From the NCBI GenBank assembly GCA_031372155.1, contig JANMKS010000139.1, positions 1-51,836 on the forward strand: DNA of 51,836 nt, in the 5' to 3' direction. The stretch's first letter is position 1. Each line of letters starts with the position of its first letter. This document shows, piece after piece, positions 27,056 through 37,298 of this stretch. The DNA comes from Sphingomonas sp. GTDB taxonomy: Bacteria; Pseudomonadota; Alphaproteobacteria; Sphingomonadales; Sphingomonadaceae. The translations under genes were made by a program, and so were the position numbers. The notes under the pieces were generated by a model. That model worked only from the letters and a program-made list of their open reading frames with translations, did not search any database and was not told the DNA's origin.

Positions 27056-28252
27056 TCAGACGCCGACTGCGTCGCGTTGCAGGGCAAAAAATACCATAGC
27101 CATTATCGCAACCGCAACGAGCGCGATCAAAAGCGCGGTTAAAACCATCGGCAGCGTCGTCCGCGCCAGCGCGATTGCTTCAGCCAATGGTTTGCGCCCG
27201 GCAACAGTGACCGCTTCGCGTTGCAGTTCCGTTCCCAACAGGCGCGCGACGATGGGCTTTTGCATAAAATGCCATGAGCCGACGGAAAGCAGTACGATGA
27301 CCGGCAGGCTCAGCACAAGATTAAGAAGCCCGTTCTGGCGGGGTGGCCCTATCGCGACAACAAGTTGCTGAACTGGATAGGAAAACAGGAAAAAGCCGAT
27401 CAGGTAGCAGCGCAAGCGCCGAGCGATTGCACCGTTAGCCAGCCCCGAAAGAGCCGCAAATGCTGCAAGATACGTAATTGCCGGAGCCAGAAGAACGCCC
27501 GCCCAGGGGAAATCGGCAAACATCTGCTGGCCTGCAAACGCGACCAAGACGATTGGTACGGCGGCGGCCGTCGCAATGCGCCAGTCGACAGGCATCCGTG
27601 TGCGATAAAGCGCGGCAAGCGCGGCAAGCAGAAAGCACAGCGAAGACGTCGCCACAGGACGCGAAAAGGCGAGCAGCGGCTCGATTGCAAAGGTGACGAC
27701 GGCGAGCGCGAGCAGGGCAACCGGACGCCCGCGCCGTAACCCAAGCACAAGCACGAGCCAGAGCGTGGACAGCGCGTAGACCGGGACCGACCACAGCACC
27801 GCGTTCACCGTGTCTGCGGCATTGTTGAATTCAAAAACGCCGGGCAAAGCAAAGCGAGGCAGCGCGGCGAGGTTGAGGAAGTAGGACCAGGTGTCCGCGT
27901 CTGTGAAATAGCGGCGCAAGGGAACGCTCGTAACGAGCGGACCAATCGCCAGCGCGGCAAGCGCGACGGCAAGGGCCAGGGGCGGCAGAACGAAGAGGAT
28001 GCTATGCTTCAGGAGATCGAATGGCGTGCGCCGTTCTGCTGCAAGGACCATGTTGAGGCCAAGCAGAGCGAACAGCGCGGGAATCGTTAATTCGAAAAGA
28101 ATCCAAAGCGGCGAGGCATTGAAACGTGCGTAACTTTCACTGACCTCGACACTCTGCAGGGCGACGGTCGCAGCCACCAGAAAGAGCCGAACCGACGCGA
28201 GTCCGCGAAGCCGCCCTCCCCGTCTTTGCAGCAATCGATGAGCGGTAACCAC
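27056..28252 (-). CDS. Acyltransferase-3 (OafA/ExoZ-like) membrane protein, degenerate motifs
   Basis: About 10 TM segments. LPGVFEFN, NAVLWSVP, YPVQQ and SWHFMQKP echo AT3 motifs, but several conserved residues are replaced. Confidence 0.6.
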   Translation of the reverse strand: MVTAHRLLQRRGGRLRGLASVRLFLVAATVALQSVEVSESYARFNASPLWILFELTIPALFALLGLNMVLAAERRTPFDLLKHSILFVLPPLALAVALAALAIGPLVTSVPLRRYFTDADTWSYFLNLAALPRFALPGVFEFNNAADTVNAVLWSVPVYALSTLWLVLVLGLRRGRPVALLALAVVTFAIEPLLAFSRPVATSSLCFLLAALAALYRTRMPVDWRIATAAAVPIVLVAFAGQQMFADFPWAGVLLAPAITYLAAFAALSGLANGAIARRLRCYLIGFFLFSYPVQQLVVAIGPPRQNGLLNLVLSLPVIVLLSVGSWHFMQKPIVARLLGTELQREAVTVAGRKPLAEAIALARTTLPMVLTALLIALVAVAIMAMVFFALQRDAVGV

Positions 28253-28400
28253 ACGCTACTCCCCTGGAACCGCTCGTGCATTAGGCACTCTGATACGCAA
28301 CGCAACGTTCGGGCCTGTTCACGGAACACTTGAGGTGCTCGGTGCGTCCGAAACGAAGTTCGGGGTTGAACCGCTATCCGTCGAATGCGATTGGCGCGTT

Positions 28401-30623
28401 ATGGATACGGCTCAATTCCGACCCGAGGACAATGTCGAAGCGAGTCCGACCGCGACGACACCCGGGCCTCAAGATCCTGCCGAAGTTGCGGTCGGCAAGA
28501 GTTCGCTGCTGCCCGATCCCCGCTATTTATGGATGGTCTTCCGCCGCCGCTTCTGGATTTTCGCGCTCGTTTTCGTGACGATCCTAGGTGCCGTGGCGGC
28601 CTATGCCACACTTACGCCAAAGCGCTACTCCGCGACGAGCACCGTCCTTATTGAACCGCGTCGGGGCGATCCGGTGCAACCGCGCGAAACCGCGGCTGCC
28701 GAACAGGCTCCGACATCGGACTTCATCGACACGCAAATTCTCGTGATCGATTCGCCGCAGATGGCGGCGGCAGTCGTGCGTGCCCTGAATTTGACCGAGG
28801 ATCCGGAGTTTCGGGCGAGCGGCGACGACCTGGTGACGGCGGGACAGCAAAACACGGTTGAACAGGCTCAACTCGTCGCAACGGCACAGTCATTGCGGCG
28901 CGGCGTCGTGATCCGACGGGCGGGGCTGACGGCATTGATCGAGATCGTCGCAACATCGGTGTCGCCGCTTCAGGCAACGCGCATCGCCAACGAGTATGCC
29001 AAGCAGTATCTCGCGAGTATCGCCGCTGCCAAGTCCGCGAACGACCGATCATCAAGTCGACAAATCGACAGCCGGCTCGACCAGCTCCGCCAGGATGCCG
29101 AGCGTGCCGACGCCGCGCTTCAAAACTACAAGATCGCCAATGGCCTGATGAGCGCCGAAGGGGCGACGATGGCGGAGCAGGAGTCCTCGACGCTCAACCA
29201 GCAGATTGCCGGCGCGCGCGCAGCACTTGCCGAGCGACAGGGCAGGCTTGCCGCGGCGAGAAGGCAATTGTCGCGAGGCGGCGGCGGCGGCGACGTCGCG
29301 AGCGCGCTTAGTTCGGGAACGATCGGCGCATTGCGCGCTCAAGAGGCCGACAGCAGTCGGAATCTGGCTCAGCTACGCTCGCGGTACGGTGCGCGGCATC
29401 CGGCCATTGCACAGGAAGAGCAACGTCTGGGCGATGTGCAAAAGCAGATTCAGCTGGAGATAAACCGGATTCTTTCAAGCCTTGAAGGCGAAGTGAATGT
29501 CGCATCGTCGGGGCTGTCATCGCTCTTGTCGAGCCAGACACAATCGCGATCGCGGCTTGCGAGCAACGCGCAGGCGCAGGTTGGCTATCTCGAACTCGAG
29601 CGAAAGGCGACGGCAGCCAGGACCATCTACGAGGCTTTCTTGAATCGCTCCCGCGGAACAGCGGCGCGCGACGGTATCGAGCAGCCGACGGCGACAATCT
29701 CCTCGCCCGCGCTCGTGCCGACAGCGCCGTCTTCGCCGAACGTAAAGCTGGCTTATTTGTTGGGTAGTGCGGTCGCCCTCATGGCAGGTCTGCTGGCGGT
29801 CGCACTGTTTGAATTTCTGGATAGCGGAATCCGTACCAAGCTCGACGTCGAGCGGCGCCTTGGTGCCCGTTACCTGGGTGCAATTCCCGACATCGAATCG
29901 ACATTGGACGGGTTGAGGGCGGTTGAAGCGCCGCAAGATTACATCATCTCACATCCGCTCTCGAGCTTTGCAGAAGCGCTGCGAAGCTTGCGCGCCGCCG
30001 TGACATTGCGCGGCAACCGCCATCCCAAAGTCATTGCCGTCACATCGCCGCTTCCGCGCGAAGGAAAGACCACGACGGCCGTTTGCCTGGCGCGGACGCT
30101 GGCGATGTCGGGAGCATCGACCGTATTCGTCGACTGTGATCTGCGCCGTCATTCGGCGAGCGATATCCTGCTCGCGGGGCGACAGGGACATCTGATGCGC
30201 GTTCTGGGTGGCGAGATGCCGGTCTCGCAAGCCTTGCTTTCAGACCCGGACACCGGCTTGCAGATCCTTGGCACGACCGTGTCACCAAGCGGTGGCCGCG
30301 ATCTGCTTACACCTGAATTGCTGGCGAGACTTCTCGATGAGTTGCGAACACGATTCGAGTATGTCGTGATCGATACAGCACCCGTCCTGGGCATTGCCGA
30401 CGCGCGTGCTGTTGCAAGCCAGGCGGATGCAGTGCTTCTGCTGGCGCGGTGGCGACAAACCTCGATCCGGGCCGCTGACACCGCTCTCGACCTGTTGCTT
30501 GGTGCAAATGCGAAGGTCGTCGGCGTGGCTCTGACGATGGTCGACATCCGTAAGTACGCCAGTACCGGACACGAGGATCTCTACGGCTATCACAAGAAAT
30601 TCAAAGGCTATTACGTCAATTGA
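28401..30623 (+). CDS. exoP: Wzc/ExoP polysaccharide co-polymerase and BY-kinase
   Basis: Wzz-like N-terminus, coiled coil, P..PSSPN before TM2, Walker A SPLPREGKTT, A' VDCDLRR, B VVIDTAP, Tyr-rich tail YGYHKKFKGYY. Confidence 0.9.
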   Translation: MDTAQFRPEDNVEASPTATTPGPQDPAEVAVGKSSLLPDPRYLWMVFRRRFWIFALVFVTILGAVAAYATLTPKRYSATSTVLIEPRRGDPVQPRETAAAEQAPTSDFIDTQILVIDSPQMAAAVVRALNLTEDPEFRASGDDLVTAGQQNTVEQAQLVATAQSLRRGVVIRRAGLTALIEIVATSVSPLQATRIANEYAKQYLASIAAAKSANDRSSSRQIDSRLDQLRQDAERADAALQNYKIANGLMSAEGATMAEQESSTLNQQIAGARAALAERQGRLAAARRQLSRGGGGGDVASALSSGTIGALRAQEADSSRNLAQLRSRYGARHPAIAQEEQRLGDVQKQIQLEINRILSSLEGEVNVASSGLSSLLSSQTQSRSRLASNAQAQVGYLELERKATAARTIYEAFLNRSRGTAARDGIEQPTATISSPALVPTAPSSPNVKLAYLLGSAVALMAGLLAVALFEFLDSGIRTKLDVERRLGARYLGAIPDIESTLDGLRAVEAPQDYIISHPLSSFAEALRSLRAAVTLRGNRHPKVIAVTSPLPREGKTTTAVCLARTLAMSGASTVFVDCDLRRHSASDILLAGRQGHLMRVLGGEMPVSQALLSDPDTGLQILGTTVSPSGGRDLLTPELLARLLDELRTRFEYVVIDTAPVLGIADARAVASQADAVLLLARWRQTSIRAADTALDLLLGANAKVVGVALTMVDIRKYASTGHEDLYGYHKKFKGYYVN

Positions 30624-30648
30624 TCGGGGGGCTTCGAGGAGTCCATTC

Positions 30649-31419
30649 ATGTTCATTTCCCGAGTCCTGCCGCTCTTTGGCGCCTTGGTCGGCATCGTTT
30701 CAATCAGTGCGGCACCGGGGCCGCGCAGTTCGTCATTCTTTGATCCGCTGGACCGGATCGATGCCCGCCGCTGGTACGTATCCGACGGCTGGGTAAACGG
30801 GGCGATGCAGGGCTGCATCTGGGCAGCTGAAAACGTCAAAACTTCGGCGGGCATCATGCAACTGTCGTTGACGAAGGCGCCAAACCGGTTGCGTCCCTAT
30901 AAATGCGCTGAAATCCGCACTCACGCCCGGCTCGGCTACGGCCTGTACGAAGCCAGGATCAGGACCGCGGCCGGGTCCGGGCTGAATACCGCGATGTTCA
31001 CCTATTCAGGGCCCCCGCTGACGAAGGTTCACGACGAGATCGACTTCGAATTTCTTGGCAAGGTCCCTCAGCGGGTACAGACCAATTACTTTACGGCCGC
31101 ACGCGGCGGACATGAAGCGCATATTCCGCTAGGGGCCAGCGGTGCCGCTGCCTTCAATCGCTATGCGTTCGAATGGTTGCCCGGCAGCATGAAATGGTAT
31201 GTCAACGGGCGGCTCGTTCGAACAGTGAGCGGCACCGGCCAACCTTCTGTTCCCGGACAGTTTTTCCTGACGCTATGGTCTGGAACCACAGCGGTTGACG
31301 GTTGGCTTGGCAAGTTCGACGCCTCGCATCTTCCCGTCAGCGCCCAGGTCGATTGGGTCGCGTTTACGGCCGCGGGGGAGCAGTGCCGCTTTCGTGAATC
31401 GATCAGTTGCGCGCGCTAA
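30649..31419 (+). CDS. exoK: GH16 endo-beta-1,3-1,4-glycanase, ExoK-like
   Basis: Signal peptide; WYVSDGW, GYGLYEAR, AAGSGLN, catalytic DEIDFEFLGK, C-terminal CRFRESISC. Confidence 0.88.
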   Translation: MFISRVLPLFGALVGIVSISAAPGPRSSSFFDPLDRIDARRWYVSDGWVNGAMQGCIWAAENVKTSAGIMQLSLTKAPNRLRPYKCAEIRTHARLGYGLYEARIRTAAGSGLNTAMFTYSGPPLTKVHDEIDFEFLGKVPQRVQTNYFTAARGGHEAHIPLGASGAAAFNRYAFEWLPGSMKWYVNGRLVRTVSGTGQPSVPGQFFLTLWSGTTAVDGWLGKFDASHLPVSAQVDWVAFTAAGEQCRFRESISCAR

Positions 31420-32684
31420 AACGCGTATCTCAACGATAGTGAGCCGGTCGTCGCCCTGTATTTGAGGAACGTGGCGTCCGAAAGGCGCTGCGAATATCCG
31501 ATCCGCGCCCCTGCCGACCAACGGCGGTTGATCAGGTAGCGCGCGCTCGCGGCGATCGCGAACTCCTTGCCTCCGGCGCCGGGCCCGTTCGGACGAAACG
31601 ACGAGTAGCTCGTGTCACCGGTCAGAATGATGTTGCGGTAAAGCTCGTGGTCGACTCCGGCCTGGAACGTGCTCCGCACATTGCCGGCGACCGTGAAGGA
31701 ACTGGTGTCCTCTACCGATCGGTCGGCGCGCAGCCGTATCGACGTGAGCGGAGTTACGTTCCACAGAATATTTGCATTATAAGACAGGCCCCGGAAATTG
31801 CGGAGCCGCGGATCGCGGTATTTCCTGTCGAGCAGGCCAACCTGGACGCTTCCGAAAATGAGTGAGCTAAGCTCGAGCGTGACGCCGCCAAGGACCGAGT
31901 AGCCGCTCGATGTACGATCGATGTTCACGAGCGGATTGAAACCGAGCTTTCCCGGGCGAAATCCGTACCGGCTGTCATCGACACTGCCGCTTACGATCAG
32001 GCCGATACCGCTTCCCATTTCATATTTCGCGCTTCCCGATACGCGCGCCGTGCGAACGTCACGAAAATCTTGATCGAAAAGCGTTCCTGTCGAGCTACGA
32101 ACATCGCGGAAGTTCACACGATTTGCGTCGACCGCAGCACTGACGACCAGCCGGTTGAAGGCGTGCGACGCGCCGACGCTGGAGCTCAGGATCGAGTAAC
32201 GGACGGGTTCTACCGAGGCTCGAAACGCGCCGAGGCTGGATCGGCTTTCAACGAACTGGCCCGAAGAGATGTCGCCACGAAGCTGCGTCTGCCGAGTCAC
32301 GTCGAGTATCCCGGTGACATTGGCACCGTACTGGCGAACGTTTTCGTCGGGCAAACTCGCATGCAGACTTTGGTTGACGTAGGCGCGCCCCGTTAGCCGA
32401 TGCCGCGACCAGTTGCTGCGAACCTGCACCTCCGGTTCGACCGTCAGATAAACGTCGCTGCGCCGATTGGTATTGGAGGCCAGATAATTGTCCGTTGCTT
32501 CGGCACTCGCCCTGACGGCAGGCAGAAGCTTGAAGGAGCCGACGTCAATACCATAGGGGTCGTATTCCGGGTGAGCCCGGTCGGCGACACCCTGACCGCG
32601 CACGTCCGATTGGGCGAGCGCGGGACTCGCCCCGCACCACACGCCCACTGACAGTGTCCAGACAGTGGCAATTTTGGCCTTCAC
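31416..32684 (-). CDS. Outer-membrane beta-barrel protein (EPS-export associated)
   Basis: GTG start with G-rich RBS, signal peptide ending ALAQ, alternating beta-strands, WNVTPLTS, terminal LRYAF beta signal. Confidence 0.82.
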   Translation of the reverse strand: MKAKIATVWTLSVGVWCGASPALAQSDVRGQGVADRAHPEYDPYGIDVGSFKLLPAVRASAEATDNYLASNTNRRSDVYLTVEPEVQVRSNWSRHRLTGRAYVNQSLHASLPDENVRQYGANVTGILDVTRQTQLRGDISSGQFVESRSSLGAFRASVEPVRYSILSSSVGASHAFNRLVVSAAVDANRVNFRDVRSSTGTLFDQDFRDVRTARVSGSAKYEMGSGIGLIVSGSVDDSRYGFRPGKLGFNPLVNIDRTSSGYSVLGGVTLELSSLIFGSVQVGLLDRKYRDPRLRNFRGLSYNANILWNVTPLTSIRLRADRSVEDTSSFTVAGNVRSTFQAGVDHELYRNIILTGDTSYSSFRPNGPGAGGKEFAIAASARYLINRRWSAGARIGYSQRLSDATFLKYRATTGSLSLRYAF

Positions 32685-32888
32685 GAATATCCCCCGTAAC
32701 AATCTGCCTGACCAGCCGACTCGCGGGGCACCGAGCCTTAGCGCCGGAAAGCTGAAATAGGCAAATAGCGGGGTGACCGGATGCTGGTGCCTATGGTGCA
32801 GTCGACCGTCCCCAACTAGAGGCGGGACGCTCAGTCGCCGAGTGCCGAACCAGTTGATAAAACGCTCCATCTTTTCGAAACGACGCGC

Positions 32889-33881
32889 ATGAGGTTAGCG
32901 GTTGTAATACCCTATTTTCAACGGCGTGAAGCTATTCTGTCGAATGCACTGCGGTCTATCGCAGCGCAGCGTCTTCCCACCGATTGTCGCGTAGAGATTA
33001 TCGTCGTCGACGACGGATCGCCCATTCCTGCAGCGCACGAAACTGCCAACGTGACACTGCCGTCCGGCACGACGCTTCAGATCGTCGAGCAGGCGAATGC
33101 CGGGCCCGGCGCGGCACGCAACACCGCTCTCGCCCTGTTGCGAACCCGGCCACCCGATTTCGTCGCCTTTCTCGATTCGGACGACAGTTGGGAGCAAGAC
33201 CACCTTGCGGCGGCACTGGATGCGCTGGGCAACGACGCGGACTTTTATTTTTGCGATCACAATCGTTTCGACATCGAAGGCTCCTATTTCAAAAAGCCCG
33301 CGATAGCGGACGGCCTGCAAGCGGGTGCGACCTGCCCCCTGTCGAGTGGAGAAGGGCTCGGCATTTGGCAGCCGGCCTTTGCCACCGAGGCCTTCGCGAC
33401 CGAATATTACAGCATGACTTCGACAGTCGTCACGCGCTGGTCGGTCGTTTCCACACTGAAGTTCGACACCGAATTGAGGAACGCAGGCGAGGATGCCCTG
33501 TTCTGGGTCGATTGCGCGCGCCATTCCCGGCTCGTGGTGTTTTCGATGGGCGTGCATGTCCACTGCGGACGCGGCGTCAACATCTACAATGGAAATTTCG
33601 ACTGGGGGTCAGACGCGGGTGCGGACCGCTTCGGGTATCTCGCGCTCATGTACCTGAAGAAAGCTGGGCGATGCCCCGACAACGCTACCGTGAAATCACG
33701 CATGCGCCGGGCGGAGATCGCTTACGCTTACCTGTTCGCCCGTCGGGCACTGGCGTTTCGCAGGGTCGACACGCGCATAGTCCGTGCGATGTTCCGATCG
33801 TCCCCATCAATGGTGTTCCGCATGCCTTGGCGGGCATTGCAATATCCTTGGCTGAAACACCGCGTCGACTGGCATTTCTAG
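32889..33881 (+). CDS. exoW: GT2 glucosyltransferase, ExoW-like
   Basis: VVIPYFQRE.ILS.ALRS, NAGPGAARN, DFVAFLDSDDSW..DHL and GED.LFW match the ExoW pattern. Confidence 0.78.
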   Translation: MRLAVVIPYFQRREAILSNALRSIAAQRLPTDCRVEIIVVDDGSPIPAAHETANVTLPSGTTLQIVEQANAGPGAARNTALALLRTRPPDFVAFLDSDDSWEQDHLAAALDALGNDADFYFCDHNRFDIEGSYFKKPAIADGLQAGATCPLSSGEGLGIWQPAFATEAFATEYYSMTSTVVTRWSVVSTLKFDTELRNAGEDALFWVDCARHSRLVVFSMGVHVHCGRGVNIYNGNFDWGSDAGADRFGYLALMYLKKAGRCPDNATVKSRMRRAEIAYAYLFARRALAFRRVDTRIVRAMFRSSPSMVFRMPWRALQYPWLKHRVDWHF

Positions 33882-34837
33882 CGCCTGCGAAGGTATCTGA
33901 TTGCGCCGCCGTAAAAGGCCGCGAGCCGCTCGTTCTCGATCCGAGCGAGCGGCAGTCCAAAAGCTTGCGCCGCGATTCCTCTTATACGGGATGAAACGGT
34001 CAATCGCCACATCCAGGCCGGAGCACCCAGCACCATCGTCCCTGTCGGTGTTCCAGCAGAAATGAAATTGGTCTGCGCGGGATTCTCGGCCAGTAGTGCC
34101 CAGGTTTCCCCCTGCGCGGCGTGATATTCCTGAAAATAGCGCCAACTTTGCCGGTTCGCCGGTATGATATGCCGGACGTTCGAAGCAGGCACCCACCACC
34201 CGCTCTCGCCCGATTCGAGCAGCGCGACGAAGACCTGAGTCTCTTCGCCCGAACGCGAATGCGTCGACGAAACGCCAAGCCTTGGGTCATAGCGATGACG
34301 TCGCTGCACCTCCGCGACGATGGCGAAATTGGCACCGTAGGGAAGCAGGTTGCCGTCGACGCTCAGCGGTATTTCCTGCGCGCCGAGTTGCCGCTCCGCC
34401 ATCAACGCGGCGACATGCGGATGGTGGCGCGCCTGCACGAACCATCCCGGTGTCGGCGGCTCGAGTACGGGGGTCACGCGTCCGCCAAAAAGTGCTGCTT
34501 CGGGGTGGCGCGCCGCTGCCGTCAGGTAGCTCGCCATCCAGTCGGCATCGACGAGTACATCATCGTCAGTCCAGCACAGCAGGCGTCCGCGAGCCTCCTC
34601 GACACCTCTGTTACGTGCATGCGACAGGCCGGGAGCAGTTTCGAGCGCGTGCCGGATTGGCAGGCGAGCAGCAAAGCTGGCAACCGTGGCGGCGGTCTCA
34701 TCGGTGCTGGCATTGTCGACAACGATTATTTCCCAGGTCACGCCACCGGGCACGGTAAGGCAGCAGAGGGATTCGAGCGCACGCGCCAGCGAACCCGCCC
34801 GGTTTCGCGTGCAAATCAGGATCGATGCGTCGATCAT
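33878..34837 (-). CDS. GT2 glycosyltransferase
   Basis: SILICTRNR, VVDNASTD, GLSHARN, TDDD, GANF, GEET; ATGA overlap gives start 34837. Confidence 0.88.
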   Translation of the reverse strand: MIDASILICTRNRAGSLARALESLCCLTVPGGVTWEIIVVDNASTDETAATVASFAARLPIRHALETAPGLSHARNRGVEEARGRLLCWTDDDVLVDADWMASYLTAAARHPEAALFGGRVTPVLEPPTPGWFVQARHHPHVAALMAERQLGAQEIPLSVDGNLLPYGANFAIVAEVQRRHRYDPRLGVSSTHSRSGEETQVFVALLESGESGWWVPASNVRHIIPANRQSWRYFQEYHAAQGETWALLAENPAQTNFISAGTPTGTMVLGAPAWMWRLTVSSRIRGIAAQAFGLPLARIENERLAAFYGGAIRYLRRR

Positions 34838-35658
34838 GAGGACGGATCGGCGTGCGACCCGGCAGGCGAGCGAGAAGTTGCATCGTTGCGCGCGGCCCTT
34901 CGCTCGGCGGCCTTCTTGGTCCACTTGTCAAAAGTGCCAACGGCATTGCTCGCAAGCCACGGGCTCCACCATGTCAACGTGGCAAGCGCCTTCTGCAATA
35001 TCCGCCGCCGCCAGCCGGGCGCGGAACCCCAGCTGTGATCCCAATGATGGACCGCGATCGTGTCGGGCATGATGCAAGATGGATCGAAAGTGTCAGTCCA
35101 TTCAAACGGGTAAAAATACTCTGGCGGAAAAAGCGTCATTTCCGAAGCCGAGTACGGTTCGGCCCGGGGGACGATGTCATCGGACTCGATCAGCAGTCGC
35201 GTCAGAAGACCGGGGCCGGTTCCCGATTTCCAGTCGAACGAGCCGTCCATGCCGTCCAGCGCACCGAGAGCACGTCGAATGAAGGGGTGACCGGGCTCCG
35301 CTCCTATGACAGCGTTGTTGACGAGGTCCGCCTCGCGTTTCATCGTCTGAAAGCCCAGTACACCCCGGTGCACGGTGAGACTGTCCAAGGACTTGATCAA
35401 CTCGACGTCATGATCGAGGTAAAAGCCGCCGTGTTTCTCAAGTGCCAACAACCTGGCGTAATTGGCAACACGGTTATAGGCCCTGACCCCTTGGGCCTGC
35501 CGAATGAACCGGTGATCGAAGTCGATGTTTCGCTCGTCCCAGAGAATGAACTCGTAATCGGGCAGCAGTGCTCGCCATCCCGCGACGAAGGCGTGCGCTT
35601 CGGCCGGGAAAGCCCGGGGGCCAACCCAGACATAATGAACGATTTTGGGAATGGACAC
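34834..35658 (-). CDS. GT32/OCH1-like glycosyltransferase (DXD sugar-binding domain)
   Basis: IPKIVHYVWVG, PDYEFILWDE, GGFYLDHDVE, GPGLLT, HHWDHSW. Confidence 0.88.
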   Translation of the reverse strand: MSIPKIVHYVWVGPRAFPAEAHAFVAGWRALLPDYEFILWDERNIDFDHRFIRQAQGVRAYNRVANYARLLALEKHGGFYLDHDVELIKSLDSLTVHRGVLGFQTMKREADLVNNAVIGAEPGHPFIRRALGALDGMDGSFDWKSGTGPGLLTRLLIESDDIVPRAEPYSASEMTLFPPEYFYPFEWTDTFDPSCIMPDTIAVHHWDHSWGSAPGWRRRILQKALATLTWWSPWLASNAVGTFDKWTKKAAERRAARNDATSRSPAGSHADPSS

Positions 35659-35667
35659 GACCCGGGC

Positions 35668-37224
35668 CTATTGGCTCGATTCCGGCGCGATATTCGCCGG
35701 ACCACGATGCAGGAGGGAAGACGTAAAGGCCAAGTGCGACCGTATTGTTTTACGGTCTATGGCGAAAAGCGCGCCAAAATATGCCACCGCGCCCACGGCT
35801 ACAGAAGCCGTCAGGCGTATATAAATGTTGTCTATCCCGCTCATCGAACCGGAAACGAAATACAATACCGCTCCCATAATCAGTGTTGCGAAAATCGGCG
35901 ACCTTATCGCCGCCCACACATGTCCCGCTTCGACTGAGGTATACCTGGTCAGGTTCGCTTGCTGATAAGGCAGGGTGAGATAGCCCCGAGCGACATACGC
36001 GGCGGTTATGGCCACAAGGCCGTAAGGTGCAGCGGCGATTGACACTATCAATGTGCCGACCAGCTGGACGAGCGCGATTCTGCCCATCGCATAAGAATTA
36101 CCGGTCGCCGACAATGCCGACGCGATGAAGTAATTGGCGACAAAAGCAGGCGCCGAAAAAGCAAGTATTTGCGCGATCGGTATGCTGCTCGCTGTGTTGG
36201 CGCCGAACAGCAGCGGAATGATTTCGTGTGCGAGCAGGCCGAATCCGGCAACCGCAGGTATCATGAACAGCGAGCCGAGGCCGAGCACCCGGCAATATGC
36301 GCTGTCGAAGCGTTCGGGTTCATTCTGCAACTTTGCCAGCGAAAGGAAGGTGAGACTTGCCAGCGGTTGCAGGAACATCTGGCCGATCAATTCGATCAGG
36401 CGCCAGGCGATACGATAGGTGCCGACCGCGGCAACGCCAATCGTTCGACCTATGAAGAAGTCCGGGATACGCGCCAGGACCGCCCACAGCAGATGAGTGA
36501 TGACGACGCCGCCACCAAAGCGCACAAGTTCGACGAAGCGCGACCAGCGGAACTTGAACGTCGGTCGCCACCGGTGGTTCGTCCATGAAAGCACCAGGCC
36601 GATGAACTCGCTCACAACCCCTTGAACGAGCAGTGCCCAGACGCCTGCACCGTTCAAAACGGCGACGACCGCTCCGGCCCCGCCGATGACGGTGGCTGCG
36701 ACCGTCTGCACCGTCAACAGCCGGTGTCCGAATTGTCGCAGCTGAAGTGCCCAATGGACCTTGCTGAGCGAGGATATGAGCATGATCACAGCAAGCACCC
36801 TGACAAGCGGTATGACTCGAGGCTCCTGCATCGCGCTTGCGAACAGGGGCGCGGTGACGATCATCAAGCCGCAAACCAGCAATGCCAGTCCCACGCTGCC
36901 CCAGAAGGCCGAGTCCAATGTTTCGGCATCGACTTCCGGCTCTCGCTGAACCGCTTCGCTGAGCCCTGCTCCCGCACACACGCGAAGAATCTCCACGTAA
37001 CTCGTTGCGAGCGCAAAAAGGCCGATATCAGCGACATCCAGATTGCGGATCAGGAACGCGAATATGACGAAGGAAGCAATATTGCTCCACGCAGCCTGAC
37101 CCACCATCCAGGCACCCGCTTTCGCAGCCGCTCGTCGAAGAAACACGCCGTCGGAGGATAGCGTGCTGGTCAAGCTGGATGTCCCATCGCTGGCTCCAAT
37201 AATCGGCTTCGTGTTGCAGTGCAC
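35668..37224 (-). CDS. Wzx/PST family polysaccharide flippase (ExoT-like)
   Basis: Many TM segments; DIGLFALA, GLSEAVQR, GVWALLVQ, WRPTFKF, FIGRTIG..AVGTY. Exact start uncertain. Confidence 0.88.
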   Translation of the reverse strand: MHCNTKPIIGASDGTSSLTSTLSSDGVFLRRAAAKAGAWMVGQAAWSNIASFVIFAFLIRNLDVADIGLFALATSYVEILRVCAGAGLSEAVQREPEVDAETLDSAFWGSVGLALLVCGLMIVTAPLFASAMQEPRVIPLVRVLAVIMLISSLSKVHWALQLRQFGHRLLTVQTVAATVIGGAGAVVAVLNGAGVWALLVQGVVSEFIGLVLSWTNHRWRPTFKFRWSRFVELVRFGGGVVITHLLWAVLARIPDFFIGRTIGVAAVGTYRIAWRLIELIGQMFLQPLASLTFLSLAKLQNEPERFDSAYCRVLGLGSLFMIPAVAGFGLLAHEIIPLLFGANTASSIPIAQILAFSAPAFVANYFIASALSATGNSYAMGRIALVQLVGTLIVSIAAAPYGLVAITAAYVARGYLTLPYQQANLTRYTSVEAGHVWAAIRSPIFATLIMGAVLYFVSGSMSGIDNIYIRLTASVAVGAVAYFGALFAIDRKTIRSHLAFTSSLLHRGPANIAPESSQ

Positions 37225-37298
37225 CTAAAAATGGCGGTAAAGCGACGAACAAGTGTTCAGCCAAGCTCAACTCCCCGAAGCCTGATTGGAAACGGAAA

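Noticed and set aside
28323-28348. GGAAC-N17-CGTC upstream of exoP as an EcfG/sigmaT promoter
   Set aside because: The -10 deviates from CGTT, and such matches are frequent in GC-rich DNA. No other support.
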